64,000 nucleotides of DNA from an uncultured Clostridia bacterium (GCA_947625825.1 CANQPV010000001.1:30-64029); one strand, 5' to 3'. Positions 1-10,639 are shown, counted from the first letter of the stretch. The notes: generated by a model not told the origin, from the letters alone. Numbers and translations: made by a program.

Positions 1-162
1 TCAGATTGCAATAAATCCAGAAATGCAGGCAAGAATAACAAAATATGAGAATATATAATGCAGTTTATTGTTGCTTTAAAATTTCGACAAATATAAAAGT
101 TTATTTGATGAACCCTAGGTGCAATATTATGTATACTACTAATTACTCTAATGAAAAAATAA

Positions 163-205
163 AATCAGTGACGATAATTGATCACTGATTTTATAAAAAA
201 ATTTT
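163..205 (-). terminator. Rho-independent terminator downstream of rnhA (hairpin AAATCAGTGA..TCACTGATTT, T-run on the minus strand)
   Basis: 10-bp perfect inverted repeat followed by a T-tract when read on the minus strand. Confidence 0.5.
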
Positions 206-264
206 AATTTTAAAAAAAATTACACACTTTACTTGACAAAGTCAAAAAGGTTAACAATCTGGGT

Positions 265-702
265 TCATTTTAAATTTTTAATAGCTTCTCGTGCAAGCTC
301 ATCACAACGATTATTAAACTTATTATCACTATGTCCTTTTACCTTATGAAAAGTAACATCATGAACTTTGGTTAAGCTAATTAATTCTTGCCAAAGTTCT
401 TTATTTTTAACTTCTTCTTTATTAGAATTTTTCCAATCATTTTTTATCCATCCATCAACCCAATGCTGTAAAAAAGCATTTACTACATAGGCACTATCAC
501 TATATAACTGTACTTTACATGGACGTTTTAATAATTTTAATGCCTCTATAACTGCACTTAACTCCATTATATTATTTGTAGTATCTTTTTTTCCACCTGA
601 AATTTCTTTTTTGTTTTCTCCAAGCATTAAAATTGCACCATAGCCACCAGGACCAGGGTTACCACTACAAGCACCATCTGTATATATAATAACTTCTTCC
701 AT
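265..702 (-). CDS. rnhA: Ribonuclease HI
   Basis: 145 aa with '[19 protein letters not shown]...ELSAVIEAL...YSDSAYVVN', the RNase H catalytic signature. Confidence 0.9.
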   Translation of the reverse strand: MEEVIIYTDGACSGNPGPGGYGAILMLGENKKEISGGKKDTTNNIMELSAVIEALKLLKRPCKVQLYSDSAYVVNAFLQHWVDGWIKNDWKNSNKEEVKNKELWQELISLTKVHDVTFHKVKGHSDNKFNNRCDELAREAIKNLK

Positions 703-796
703 TAATAAATTCTCCTTTTAAACATTGTAAAATAATTTCTTTTATGATATTATATCAATAAATAAAATCAAGTCAATAATAAATATAAATAAAGGG

Positions 797-2053
797 GTGA
801 AATCTATGAGCAAAGTTCTTGGAATTATAGCAGAATATAATCCATTTCATAATGGACATTTGTACCATATTAAACAATCTATTGAAGAAAGCAAAGCAGA
901 CTATGTTGTTTGCGTTATTTCAGGTAATTTTGTTCAAAGAGGAAATACCTCTATAATAGATAAATGGACAAAAACTAAAATGGCTATTGCAAATGGTGTA
1001 GATTTAGTTTTAGAAATACCTACAATTTACAGCACTTCTAGTGCAGAAAACTTTGCAGAGGGTGCAATAAAACTTTTAAATTCTTTAGGAGTAGTAGATA
1101 CAATATCTTTTGGAATGGAAACAAACGATATAGCAACCTTAAACAATATTGCAAATGTAGTCTTTCAAGAACCAAAAGAATATGTAACAATGTTAAACCA
1201 TGAATTAAGCAGAGGAATTTCTTTTCCAAAAGCTAGAGAAAATGCTTTATTAATGTATTTAAATGATATTAAGAGATATGCAAACGTTTTATCTGGCGCA
1301 AATAATATCTTAGCAATAGAATATTTAAAAGCTTTAAAAAAATTAAAAAGTCCATTAATACCAATTGGAATAAAAAGAGAAAAAGTCTATTATAATGATG
1401 AAACAATTGTAGATGATTTTGCAAGTGCAACTGCAATTAGAAAATTTATAGCAAATAAACAATTTGAAGAAATAAGAAAAGTAATACCACGTTCATCTTA
1501 TGTGCTATTAGGACAAGAATTAAAAAAAGGTCATTATGTTTTAGATTTATCTAAATTTCAAAAGGAAATTATTTATATACTAAGAAAAATGACGCTAGAA
1601 GAAATACGAAATCTTCCAGATGTATCTGAAGGCTTAGAAAATGCCATAAAGAATGCTGCAGATTCTTGTAATAATATAATAGACCTAGTAAATATAATTA
1701 AATCAAAAAGATATACACAAACAAGAATACAAAGAATATTAATATATGCATTACTTGGCGTTGATAAAAAAATGATGGAAACATCTAAAAAGATTGTACC
1801 TTATGCTAGAATATTAGGTTCAAGCGAAAAAGGAAAAAAACTAATTTCAGAAATTATAGCAAAAAATCCAAAAATTAATATAGTAACATCTGTCAAAAAA
1901 TTTTTAGAAACTTCAAAAAACAAAAATTTAAAAGAAATGCTAAAATTAGATATATATGCAACAAACGTATACACTTTAGGTTATGAAAAAGACTCATGGT
2001 CAAACTTAGATTATACTAATAAAATTGTAAGCATAAAAGATTTAAAGGAGTAA
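797..2053 (+). CDS. tmcAL: tRNA(Met) cytidine acetate ligase-like nucleotidyltransferase (YlbM/TmcAL family)
   Basis: 'VLGIIAEYNPFHNGHLYH' HxGH nucleotidyltransferase N-terminus; about 410 aa matching YlbM/UPF0348; probable start at the MSKVLGII methionine (about 818). Confidence 0.6.
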   Translation: MKSMSKVLGIIAEYNPFHNGHLYHIKQSIEESKADYVVCVISGNFVQRGNTSIIDKWTKTKMAIANGVDLVLEIPTIYSTSSAENFAEGAIKLLNSLGVVDTISFGMETNDIATLNNIANVVFQEPKEYVTMLNHELSRGISFPKARENALLMYLNDIKRYANVLSGANNILAIEYLKALKKLKSPLIPIGIKREKVYYNDETIVDDFASATAIRKFIANKQFEEIRKVIPRSSYVLLGQELKKGHYVLDLSKFQKEIIYILRKMTLEEIRNLPDVSEGLENAIKNAADSCNNIIDLVNIIKSKRYTQTRIQRILIYALLGVDKKMMETSKKIVPYARILGSSEKGKKLISEIIAKNPKINIVTSVKKFLETSKNKNLKEMLKLDIYATNVYTLGYEKDSWSNLDYTNKIVSIKDLKE

Positions 2054-2059
2054 AAATAA

Positions 2060-2692
2060 ATGGTTATTGGAATAACTGGAAGCTCTGGTGCAGGTAAAAG
2101 TACAGTATGCGAAATATTACAAAAAAAATATGGTGCAAAAATTATAAGTGCAGATAAAATTGCTAAAGATTTATGCAAAAAGGGTACACCATATTTATTA
2201 GAAATTGTAAAAAAATTTGGAGAAGAAATATTATTAGAAAATGGAGAACTAAACAGAAGAAAATTAGCGGATATTATATATCATAACGAAGAAAAAAGAG
2301 AACTTCTAAATAGTTGCACTTTTAAATATATTTGCAAAGAAATAAAAAGTAAAATTGAAGAATATACAAAAAACTATAGGAATGAAAAACTAAATAATTC
2401 TGAAATTTTATTAAAAAATAATGAACTAATAATTGTAATAGATGCACCATTATTATTTGAAGCAAATACTCAAAATATGTGTGATATAACAATAGCGGTT
2501 ATATCACAAAATAAAGAGAATCAAATAAATAGAATAGTAAATAGAGATAACATAGATAAAAGCCATGCAATCGCTAGAATAAATGCTCAAAAATCAAATG
2601 AGTTTTATATGAACAAATGCAATTATACAATAATAAATGATAATAAATTGCTAGATTTAGAAGCTCAAATAGATAACATTTTTAAAAAATAA
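2060..2692 (+). CDS. coaE: Dephospho-CoA kinase
   Basis: P-loop 'IGITGSSGAGKSTV', '..ISADKIAKDL...', about 200 aa, CoaE-like layout. Confidence 0.65.
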   Translation: MVIGITGSSGAGKSTVCEILQKKYGAKIISADKIAKDLCKKGTPYLLEIVKKFGEEILLENGELNRRKLADIIYHNEEKRELLNSCTFKYICKEIKSKIEEYTKNYRNEKLNNSEILLKNNELIIVIDAPLLFEANTQNMCDITIAVISQNKENQINRIVNRDNIDKSHAIARINAQKSNEFYMNKCNYTIINDNKLLDLEAQIDNIFKK

Positions 2693-2868
2693 TCTATAAT
2701 TTTTAATAATTATGGGTTATTTTTTATTTTAGTTATAATTCACAGCTAATTTTATTACAATTTTATTACAAATACATAACATTTCTGTAACAATATTGAA
2801 TTGACGTAATGTTTAGAATATAATTAAATTAATAAATATAAGAAAAAAATATAAAGGAGAAAGTATAT

Positions 2869-3408
2869 ATGGAGACTTTTGCAGATTACATTCTATCTGA
2901 AAAAGATTGGATTAGGAAAATGGAAATAATGCATTATTTAAAGAAGAAAACAGGCACATTTTTCGACAAATCTGTTATATTTAAAACTTATTTAGCTAAA
3001 CTATTTTTAGATAATAGTGATTTAGGTTTAGACAAAAATGTAATAATAACAGCTTGCTTACTATGTAATTGCAAAAAGTCAAATGATCCTCAAGATTTAA
3101 ATAAAATAAAATCTTACGCAAAAGAAGGAGCAAATTATTTAAAAGAACTTGGATTTTCTAATAGATTTTGTAAAATTTGCGAAGAAGTTAATAGATATAG
3201 TGGTAGCACTCCTAGAGAAAAAGAAAGTGATGTATTAGAATTAGTAGATCAATTTGGAGCAATGCTAATAGATAGACCAGAAAGAATTGCTTTTAAACCA
3301 GATGAAGCAATTGTGCTATTAGAATACAGAAACTTAAAAGACAAGCATAATATATATTTAAATGATTTTATAAAATTTGTTAATGAAATGCAGGAGGTAT
3401 TAGTATGA
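2869..3408 (+). CDS. Hypothetical protein
   Basis: 179-aa ORF with native composition and an RBS-like AAAGGAGA upstream. Confidence 0.4.
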   Translation: METFADYILSEKDWIRKMEIMHYLKKKTGTFFDKSVIFKTYLAKLFLDNSDLGLDKNVIITACLLCNCKKSNDPQDLNKIKSYAKEGANYLKELGFSNRFCKICEEVNRYSGSTPREKESDVLELVDQFGAMLIDRPERIAFKPDEAIVLLEYRNLKDKHNIYLNDFIKFVNEMQEVLV

Positions 3409-3671
3409 GTAAACCAATTCTTAGAAGTATATCAGAAACTATAAATAGTTGTCCTGATTTTGATGATGAATGTATAAAAACAATAGTAGCAATGGATTCT
3501 AAAATATATAAAGCAATAAAAGATTACAAAGATAGAAAGAACAATATTTCACATCAAAATACACAATCTACTATTGTTACAGGTGACGATATAAGAGAAG
3601 CTATGATGAGGCCAATGATTAAAAATGAAGAACTTTCAGAAGAAAGTTATATGAGTGAAGAGGAAAAATAA
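3405..3671 (+). CDS. Hypothetical small protein (overlaps neighbours by 4 nt and 17 nt)
   Basis: 88-aa ORF translationally coupled to its flanking genes. Confidence 0.35.
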   Translation: MSKPILRSISETINSCPDFDDECIKTIVAMDSKIYKAIKDYKDRKNNISHQNTQSTIVTGDDIREAMMRPMIKNEELSEESYMSEEEK

Positions 3672-4866
3672 TATGAAAGAAATGTTTGCAGATTTACATG
3701 TACATATTGGAAGAAGCGAAAATGGAAAGCCTATAAAAATAACTGCTGCTAAAAGTTTAAACTTTGCTAATATTGCAAGAGAATGTTCAGATAGAAAGGG
3801 TATACAAATAGTAGGAATTATAGATTGTGCTTCACCTTATGTTATAGAAGATATTGAAAATTTTTTACAAACAGGTGATGCCTATGAAATTAAAGATGGT
3901 GGAATAATTTATAAAGATAAAGTATGTATTATTTTAGGCAGTGAAATAGAAACTTCAGAAATAAATGAAGAAGGAAAAACTGGTAGTGCTCATAACTTAT
4001 GCTATTTTCCTACTTTAGCGGATATAAAAGCATTTTCAAAAGAAATGACAAAATACATTCATAATATTACGTTAAGTTCACAAAGAGCTTGTATTTCTGC
4101 TTATGAATTAATAGATATTGTAGAAAAGTTTAATGGAATTTTAATTCCAGCACATGCTTTTACGCCATATAAAAGTTTTTATGGAAATTGTACAAGCCGT
4201 TTAGAAAGAATTTTTAAAGAAAAATTTAACAAAATATTTGCTATAGAACTTGGTTTAAGTGCAGATACATATTTAGCAGATCAAATATCTGAGCTTGAAA
4301 CAAGAACATTTGTAACAAATTCAGATGCACATTCTCTTCCTAAAATAGCTAGAGAATATAATAAAATTTTAGTAGAAGATATTTCTTTTAAAGAATTATT
4401 AAAAGCTTTAAAAGGAGAAAATGGAAGAAAAATACTAACAAACTATGGCTTAGATCCTAAACTTGGCAAATATCATAGAACTTATTGTGAAAATTGCGAT
4501 AAACCAATAGAAGGAGAGCCACCTATTAAAGAATGTCCTATATGCCATGGAAACAATATAACAATGGGTGTTTTAGATAGAATAGTTTCTATTAAAGATA
4601 AACCTGAAAGCAAAAGTCCTGCAAATAGACCAGAATATATTTATCAAGTGCCATTAACATTTGTTCCTGGTTTAGGAGCAAAAACAATAGACAAACTATT
4701 ATCTAAATTTGAAACAGAAATGACAATACTTCACAAACTTTCAGAAGATGATATAGAGGCAGTTGTAGGTGAAAAAGTAGCAAAAACAATAGTAGCAGCA
4801 AGAACAGGTAATGTTTCTATCATAGCAGGCGGTGGAGGAATATATGGTAAATTAACAGTTGGTTAA
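3655..4866 (+). CDS. PHP-domain endonuclease (EndoQ / TIGR00375-like) with Zn-ribbon and C-terminal HhH
   Basis: 'FADLHVHIGRS' PHP His motif, 'CENCDKP...CPICHG' zinc ribbon, 'LTFVPGLGAKTIDKLL' helix-hairpin-helix. Confidence 0.55.
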   Translation: MKRKNNMKEMFADLHVHIGRSENGKPIKITAAKSLNFANIARECSDRKGIQIVGIIDCASPYVIEDIENFLQTGDAYEIKDGGIIYKDKVCIILGSEIETSEINEEGKTGSAHNLCYFPTLADIKAFSKEMTKYIHNITLSSQRACISAYELIDIVEKFNGILIPAHAFTPYKSFYGNCTSRLERIFKEKFNKIFAIELGLSADTYLADQISELETRTFVTNSDAHSLPKIAREYNKILVEDISFKELLKALKGENGRKILTNYGLDPKLGKYHRTYCENCDKPIEGEPPIKECPICHGNNITMGVLDRIVSIKDKPESKSPANRPEYIYQVPLTFVPGLGAKTIDKLLSKFETEMTILHKLSEDDIEAVVGEKVAKTIVAARTGNVSIIAGGGGIYGKLTVG

Positions 4867-4965
4867 ATAAATTGTAAATTATTTATAATAAGTTTAAATA
4901 ATGAAAGTTCTAAATCTCATTTTATTACATAGATATTATGTATAAACTATACCAGGGGGAATAAA

Positions 4966-5610
4966 ATGAGACAAAAACCTAAGAAAATTTCTAAGATAAC
5001 TCAGCTAACTATAAATCATATAAAAGATAATTTTAAAGCATATATTATAGTTTCACTTATTTTATTAATAGGCATTATTTTAGGAGTATTTTTTGTTAAT
5101 AATATGAATTCTTCTCAAATAGAAGAATTAAAAACATATATAAATACTTTCATAGATTCTTTAAAGCAAGGTGCTACAATAAATAATTTAGAACTACTAA
5201 AAAAATCTATAGGAAGTAATTTACTATTTACATTCTTAATGTGGTTCATAGGTTCTACAGTAATAGGAATTCCTATTGTTTTAGGAATAGTTGCATTTAG
5301 AGGATTTTGCCTTGGCTATACAATATCAAGCAGCATAGCAGTTTTAGGAACTGGAAAAGGCATATTATTTTTTGTAACTAGCATATTACTGCAAAATATA
5401 ATTTTTATACCATGTATGCTTGCATTATCTGTTAGTGGAATTAAGTTATATAAATCTATAATGAAAGATAAACGAAAAGAAAATATAAAGATTGAAGTTT
5501 TTAGGCATACTATATTTTCTTTATTTATTTTACTATTTTTAATATTATCTTCATTAATAGAAACTTATGTATCTACAAATTTATTATTACTATGTATTCA
5601 ATATTTGTAA
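4966..5610 (+). CDS. spoIIM: Stage II sporulation protein M-like integral membrane protein
   Basis: 214 aa with several TM helices; size and position next to xerD resemble the Bacillus spoIIM neighbourhood. Confidence 0.55.
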   Translation: MRQKPKKISKITQLTINHIKDNFKAYIIVSLILLIGIILGVFFVNNMNSSQIEELKTYINTFIDSLKQGATINNLELLKKSIGSNLLFTFLMWFIGSTVIGIPIVLGIVAFRGFCLGYTISSSIAVLGTGKGILFFVTSILLQNIIFIPCMLALSVSGIKLYKSIMKDKRKENIKIEVFRHTIFSLFILLFLILSSLIETYVSTNLLLLCIQYL

Positions 5611-5640
5611 ATAAAAATGTTACTAATTAATGGTTTTATA

Positions 5641-5762
5641 AAAATTGCTTGCACAGTACTAGTTTTCTTGTTTTTCAAATGCCTGTTGAAGTTGCAAGTT
5701 CATAGAAGCAACTTGGGAACGGGACCTCTCAAAACTGCGAAAAATAGTACTAAGCAAGCTTC
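5641..5762 (+). ncRNA. Candidate structured RNA or inverted-repeat element (closing stem GCTTGCACAGTACTAG / CTAGTACTAAGCAAGC plus an internal hairpin AAGTTGC..GCAACTT)
   Basis: GC-richer island in an AT-rich intergenic region; a long-range roughly 15-bp stem encloses a 7-bp internal hairpin; no class assigned. Confidence 0.25.
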
Positions 5763-5903
5763 AATATAATTACAACTATTATATAATAATAAAAAATTAA
5801 TTTTTTTAAGAAAAATCTATTTACAATTTTAAATAATTTTGATATAACATATTATAGTTTACGTAAATTGATAAAATGCTTTTTCAAGCATTAGGTAAAA
5901 TAT

Positions 5904-6806
5904 ATGAAGATAGGGGAACTTAAAATGGAAAAACAAATTAAATCTTTTTTAGAATTTCTTGAAAATGAGAAGAAATTATCAGATAATACTTTACAATCAT
6001 ATAGAAGAGATATAGTACAATTCGAACAATATGTTGAAAAAAATAGAATAAACTTTTTAAAATTTACTCAAGAAGATACTAAAGCATATCTAAAATATTT
6101 ACAACAAGTAGGTAAAAAAACATCAACAATTTCTAGAAATCTAGCATCTTTAAGATCTTTCTATCAATTTTTAATTAGAGCTAAAAAAGTAAAAAATGAT
6201 CCAACAGATGGTATTCAATCTCCTAAAGTAGAAAAAAGGGTGCCTAGTGTTCTTACTTCACAAGAAGTAGAGTTGCTATTAGAACAACCAAAAGATGTCG
6301 ACTTAAAAGGAACTAGGGATAAAGCAATGCTAGAATTTGCTTATGCTACTGGTATGCGAGTTACAGAGATAATTTCTTTAAATTTAGAAGATGTTAATTT
6401 AGAAGAGGGATTTGTTATATGTAAACAAGGATCTAAGCAAAGAAACATACCTTTGGGTTCATTATCTTTAAAGGCTTTAAAAGAATATATAGATGAAGCA
6501 AGACCTATTTTAATAAAAAATGAAAAAGAAAAAGCCTTATTTGTTAATGTAAATGGAAAAAGACTAACAAGACAAGGTTTTTGGAAAATAGTAAAATACT
6601 ATAAAGAACAAGCACATATTACAAAAGACATTACACCACATGTATTAAGACATTCATTTGCAACACATTTATTACAAAATGGTGCAGATTTGAAAGCAAT
6701 ACAAACTATGCTTGGACATTCAGATATTTCATCTACACAAGTATATATGCAATTTCAAGATCCAGGTTTAAAAGATGTATATCAAAAAGCTCATCCAAGA
6801 GCATAA
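5904..6806 (+). CDS. xerD: Tyrosine recombinase XerD
   Basis: 'RVTEI...HVLRHSFATHLL..GADL..IQ.MLGHSDISSTQVY' tyrosine recombinase catalytic box; about 295 aa. Confidence 0.85.
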   Translation: MKIGELKMEKQIKSFLEFLENEKKLSDNTLQSYRRDIVQFEQYVEKNRINFLKFTQEDTKAYLKYLQQVGKKTSTISRNLASLRSFYQFLIRAKKVKNDPTDGIQSPKVEKRVPSVLTSQEVELLLEQPKDVDLKGTRDKAMLEFAYATGMRVTEIISLNLEDVNLEEGFVICKQGSKQRNIPLGSLSLKALKEYIDEARPILIKNEKEKALFVNVNGKRLTRQGFWKIVKYYKEQAHITKDITPHVLRHSFATHLLQNGADLKAIQTMLGHSDISSTQVYMQFQDPGLKDVYQKAHPRA

Positions 6807-6814
6807 GGTAAATA

Positions 6815-6850
6815 TAAAAATCGTTTGTGAAGCAAACGATTTTTTATATT
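6815..6850 (+). terminator. Rho-independent terminator of xerD
   Basis: AATCGTTTG-TGAAG-CAAACGATT followed by TTTTTAT. Confidence 0.7.
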
Positions 6851-6987
6851 TTACTTTTATCTATAAAACTACTTGACAGTTTACAATAATCAATATAAAA
6901 TAGTAATGTAAGTAAATATATTCTAATATAAATTTTAAGTGAATTAGTTATATATATTTCGTACATTGAAAATTAAATAAGAAAGAG

Positions 6988-8541
6988 GTGCATAAGATTA
7001 TGGATATCGTAATCAATATCGCCGTTTTTCTAATTTCAGCAGTAATTTTTACTTTCGTAGGAATGTTTATAAGAAAGAAAGTTGCTGAGTCTAAAATGGA
7101 AAGTGCAGAAAATGAAGCAAAAAAAATAATTGAAATGGCAAACATAGAAGCAGAAAATAAAAAGAAAGAGGAAATATTTAAAGCAAAAGAAGAAATTATG
7201 AATGCCAGAAAAGATTTAGACCAGGAGGTTAGAGAAAGAAGAGGCGAAGTTCAAAATCAAGAAAGAAGATTAATTCAGAAAGAAGAAAATTTAGAAAAGA
7301 AACAAGACATGGTAGAAAAAAAAGAAAGAGATTTAGATTTTAAATACCATGAACTAGATGAAAAAAAGCAAGAAATTGAAAATGTATTAAATAAGCAAAT
7401 TGAAGAATTGCAAAAAATTTCTGGATTATCAAAAGAAGAAGCAAAACGAATTTTACTTTCTGAACTAGAAAAACAATTAACAACGGAAAAAGCAACATTA
7501 ATAAGAGATATGGAAACAAAACTAAAGGAAGAATCAGAAAAAAAAGCAAAAGAACTTATTGGATATGCAGTTCAAAAATGTGCTGCAGATCATACTTCTG
7601 AAACAACAGTATCTATAGTAGCTCTTCCAAATGATGATATGAAAGGCAGAATAATTGGTAGAGAAGGTAGAAATATTAAAACGCTAGAAACTTTAACTGG
7701 TATTGATTTAATTATAGATGATACCCCAGAAGCTGTTGTTATTTCAGGTTTTGACCCATTAAGAAGAGAAGTTGCAAGAATTGCTCTTGAAAAATTAATT
7801 GATGATGGAAGAATTCATCCAGCTAAAATTGAAGAAATGGTTGAAAAAGCAAAAGAAGAACTAGAGCAAACCATTAAAGAAGAAGGAGAAAGAGCAGTAC
7901 TTGAAACTGGAGTAATTGGTTTACATCCAGACCTAGTTAAATTGATAGGTAAGCTTAAATATAGAACAAGCTATGGTCAAAATGTATTAAATCATTCAAT
8001 AGAAGTATCTAATTTAGCTAGAATTATGGCAGAAGAATTAGGCTTAGATCCAAAACTTGCAAGAAGAGCTGGCTTATTACATGATATTGGTAAGGCATTA
8101 GATCATGATATGGAAGGTACCCATGTAGAACTTGGTGTAGACATTTTAAAGAAATACAAAGAAAATGAAAATGTAATAAATGCAGTTGAAGCACATCATG
8201 GGGATGTAGAACCAAAAACTATTGAAGCTGTTCTTGTACAAGCTGCAGATGCTATATCTGCATCAAGACCTGGTGCAAGAAGAGAAACTCTAGAAGCATA
8301 TATTAAAAGATTAGAACAACTAGAAAGCATAGCAGATTCTTTTGAAGGAGTAGATAAATCTTTTGCTATACAAGCAGGTAGAGAAATTAGAATTATTGTT
8401 AAACCAGAACAAATTAATGATGACCAAATGACTTTAATGGCTAGAGATATTGCTAAAAAAGTTGAAGAAGAAATGGAATATCCAGGACAAATAAAAGTTA
8501 ATGTGGTTAGAGAAACAAGAGTCATAGATTATGCTAAATAA
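6988..8541 (+). CDS. rny: Ribonuclease Y
   Basis: N-terminal TM helix, coiled coil, KH domain '[12 protein letters not shown]', HD domain 'LLHDIGKA...HH'; 517 aa. Confidence 0.9.
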   Translation: MHKIMDIVINIAVFLISAVIFTFVGMFIRKKVAESKMESAENEAKKIIEMANIEAENKKKEEIFKAKEEIMNARKDLDQEVRERRGEVQNQERRLIQKEENLEKKQDMVEKKERDLDFKYHELDEKKQEIENVLNKQIEELQKISGLSKEEAKRILLSELEKQLTTEKATLIRDMETKLKEESEKKAKELIGYAVQKCAADHTSETTVSIVALPNDDMKGRIIGREGRNIKTLETLTGIDLIIDDTPEAVVISGFDPLRREVARIALEKLIDDGRIHPAKIEEMVEKAKEELEQTIKEEGERAVLETGVIGLHPDLVKLIGKLKYRTSYGQNVLNHSIEVSNLARIMAEELGLDPKLARRAGLLHDIGKALDHDMEGTHVELGVDILKKYKENENVINAVEAHHGDVEPKTIEAVLVQAADAISASRPGARRETLEAYIKRLEQLESIADSFEGVDKSFAIQAGREIRIIVKPEQINDDQMTLMARDIAKKVEEEMEYPGQIKVNVVRETRVIDYAK

Positions 8542-8551
8542 TTAATTTAAA

Positions 8552-8592
8552 TGTAACTATTTATAAAAAATAGTTACATTTTTTTTGACATG
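8552..8592 (+). terminator. Rho-independent terminator of rny
   Basis: 13-bp perfect stem AATGTAACTATTT/AAATAGTTACATT followed by a T7 run. Confidence 0.75.
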
Positions 8593-8666
8593 ACACAATA
8601 ATGGTGATATAATCAGCATATGGTATATTTACTATATCAATTTTTTAAGAAAGGGGCAGTCCTAAG

Positions 8667-8852
8667 GTGAAAATCAATTTTATTGACATGCGCACTGAAG
8701 AACACTTTGAGAAGTATTTTGATGTCACAAGATTCGGCATCACCAGAACTGAGGGCGATGAAGCTGAATATAATGCTTTCATTGCCAGTGAAGGGCTTGT
8801 ATGGGAAAATGAAAACATATACAAGCGTGAAACCCCTTTAATGACAGCCTAA
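8667..8852 (+). CDS. Small hypothetical protein (GTG start), compositionally atypical and GC-rich
   Basis: 61-aa ORF much GC-richer than its surroundings, followed by a hairpin terminator at about 8869-8905. Confidence 0.3.
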   Translation: MKINFIDMRTEEHFEKYFDVTRFGITRTEGDEAEYNAFIASEGLVWENENIYKRETPLMTA

Positions 8853-9046
8853 ATAGGCAAAAACAAAGATCCTGTTAGTTTAAACTCTAGCAGGATTTTT
8901 GTAAATTTCAAAAGATGACATATGTAATTACACTACATATACTTTACAATTATGTAAAATAATGTTATAATAAGTCAATATGAGAAGATTACTCATATTT
9001 AATCCCTTATATTCACTAAATAGTGATGAGGTATTTCCTCTGACTT

Positions 9047-9481
9047 TTGGTGTTACAATATATAAATTTCAACTATGAAGAAAGAAGGAAAATAGCAATG
9101 TTAACTTTGTTTTTTATTTTTGCGGTAATATTTGCGATAATTTCTTTTTGTAAGTGGAAAAAAACAAATTTTGCGTCAGAAGAATGTGGAGGTTTATTTA
9201 TTGTAAGCATATTAGTGGTGGCTTTTGTTTCTGCTTTTTTATTTCCGGCTATCATAGCGATGACAAACGATGCAAAAGTGCATGAAAAATATACAGAAGC
9301 ACAAGAAAAAGTAATAATTCTACAACAAGATATCGAAAATCTAAAGGATGAAGAAAAAGACATTGATAAATTTGTAACTGAATATGACAATTTAAAACAG
9401 CAATTAGAAGATGCGCAAAATTATATTGAGCAACAAGAAGGAGAATGGTCAATGTTGAAATTCCTACTATACTTTGGCTAA
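9047..9481 (+). CDS. Hypothetical membrane protein with C-terminal coiled coil
   Basis: Two TM helices then 'QQDIENLKDEEKDIDKF..'; likely start at the MLTLFF methionine (about 9098). Confidence 0.45.
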   Translation: MVLQYINFNYEERRKIAMLTLFFIFAVIFAIISFCKWKKTNFASEECGGLFIVSILVVAFVSAFLFPAIIAMTNDAKVHEKYTEAQEKVIILQQDIENLKDEEKDIDKFVTEYDNLKQQLEDAQNYIEQQEGEWSMLKFLLYFG

Positions 9482-9622
9482 TAAACATTGCTAAAAATAG
9501 TGCTAACCAAAAACTTGTTAGCACTATTTTTTAATTTTCAAAAAATATAATAAAAATATTGTACTTTTGCAAAATTGAATATATAATAATATTGTTTATT
9601 ATAGGAAAGGAAAAATATACTT

Positions 9623-10639
9623 ATGACATTTATAGAAACAATAAAGCAAAAGGCAAAACAAAATATAAAAACAATAATTCTTCCTGAAAGTGAAGATAAA
9701 AGAGTTTTAGAAGCAGCTAGCAAAGCAATAGCAGAAAACTTTGCTAATATTATTTTAATAGGAAATGAGCAAGAAGTTAATCAAAAAGCAAAAGAAAATA
9801 ATATAGATGTTTCAAAAGCTAAAATTATTGATCCTAAGGCATCTGAAAAATATGAAGAATATGTAAATGCTTTTTATGAACTAAGAAAAGCAAAGGGAAT
9901 GACAATTGAAGAAGCAAGAAAAACTTTATTAGAGCCAATTTATTTTGGAATGATGATGGTAAAACAAGGACATGCAGATGGTCTAGTATCAGGTGCATGC
10001 CATTCAACAGCAAATACTCTAAGACCAGCACTTCAAATTTTAAAAACAGCTCCAGAAACAAAATTAGTATCAGCATTTTTTGTAATGGTAGTACCTAATT
10101 GTGAATATGGAGAAAATGGTTTATTTGTATTTGGAGACTGTGGGCTAGTTGAAAACCCAACGGCAGAAGAATTATCTGAAATTGCTATTTCTTCTGGCAA
10201 AAGTTTTAAACAATTATCTGGAAAAGAGCCAAAAGTAGCAATGCTTTCATATTCTACTTATGGAAGTGCACATTCTGAGCTTACAGAAAAAGTAATACAG
10301 GCAACTAAATTATTAAAAGAAAAAGAACCTAATTTAACTTGCGATGGAGAGTTGCAATTGGATGCTGCAATTGTTCCAGAAGTAGCTAATTCTAAAGCAC
10401 CAGGAAGTGTAGTTAAAGGAAAGGCAAACACATTAATTTTTCCAGATTTAAATGTTGGAAATATAGGTTATAAATTGGTTCAAAGATTAGCAAAAGCAGA
10501 GGCTTATGGACCACTTTGTCAAGGTATTGCAAAACCAGTAAACGATTTATCAAGAGGGTGTAGTAGCAATGATATAGTTCGGCGTTATTGCAATTACTTG
10601 TGTTCAAGCACAAACAAATTAAAAAAAATTATTATTTAA
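9623..10639 (+). CDS. pta: Phosphate acetyltransferase (the C-terminal 15 codons need a +1 shift at a CGG codon; the conserved end '..DIVGVIAITCVQAQTN' stops at about 10623)
   Basis: 'ILPESEDKRVLEAA', 'GHADGLVSGA', 'PVNDLSRGCS' Pta motifs; zero-frame tail after CGG (10580-10582) is not Pta-like, while the +1 frame gives the canonical Pta C-terminus. Confidence 0.9.
   Translation: MTFIETIKQKAKQNIKTIILPESEDKRVLEAASKAIAENFANIILIGNEQEVNQKAKENNIDVSKAKIIDPKASEKYEEYVNAFYELRKAKGMTIEEARKTLLEPIYFGMMMVKQGHADGLVSGACHSTANTLRPALQILKTAPETKLVSAFFVMVVPNCEYGENGLFVFGDCGLVENPTAEELSEIAISSGKSFKQLSGKEPKVAMLSYSTYGSAHSELTEKVIQATKLLKEKEPNLTCDGELQLDAAIVPEVANSKAPGSVVKGKANTLIFPDLNVGNIGYKLVQRLAKAEAYGPLCQGIAKPVNDLSRGCSSNDIVRRYCNYLCSSTNKLKKIII

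Noticed and set aside
1038-1229. Numerous short ORFs antisense to or overlapping larger genes, including 1038-1229, 7340-7549, 8024-8525, 9073-9524, 11269-11675, 35699-36143, 45559-45879, 52010-52351 and 57657-58139
   Set aside because: They lie entirely inside well-supported conserved genes on the opposite strand or in another frame and have low-complexity composition, so they are spurious six-frame ORFs.
5641-5903. dif (XerCD) site next to xerD
   Set aside because: There is no 28-bp imperfect palindrome resembling the Firmicutes dif consensus (ACTTCCTAGAATATATATTATGTAAACT). The palindromic halves here are AGTACT-centred and 80 nt apart.
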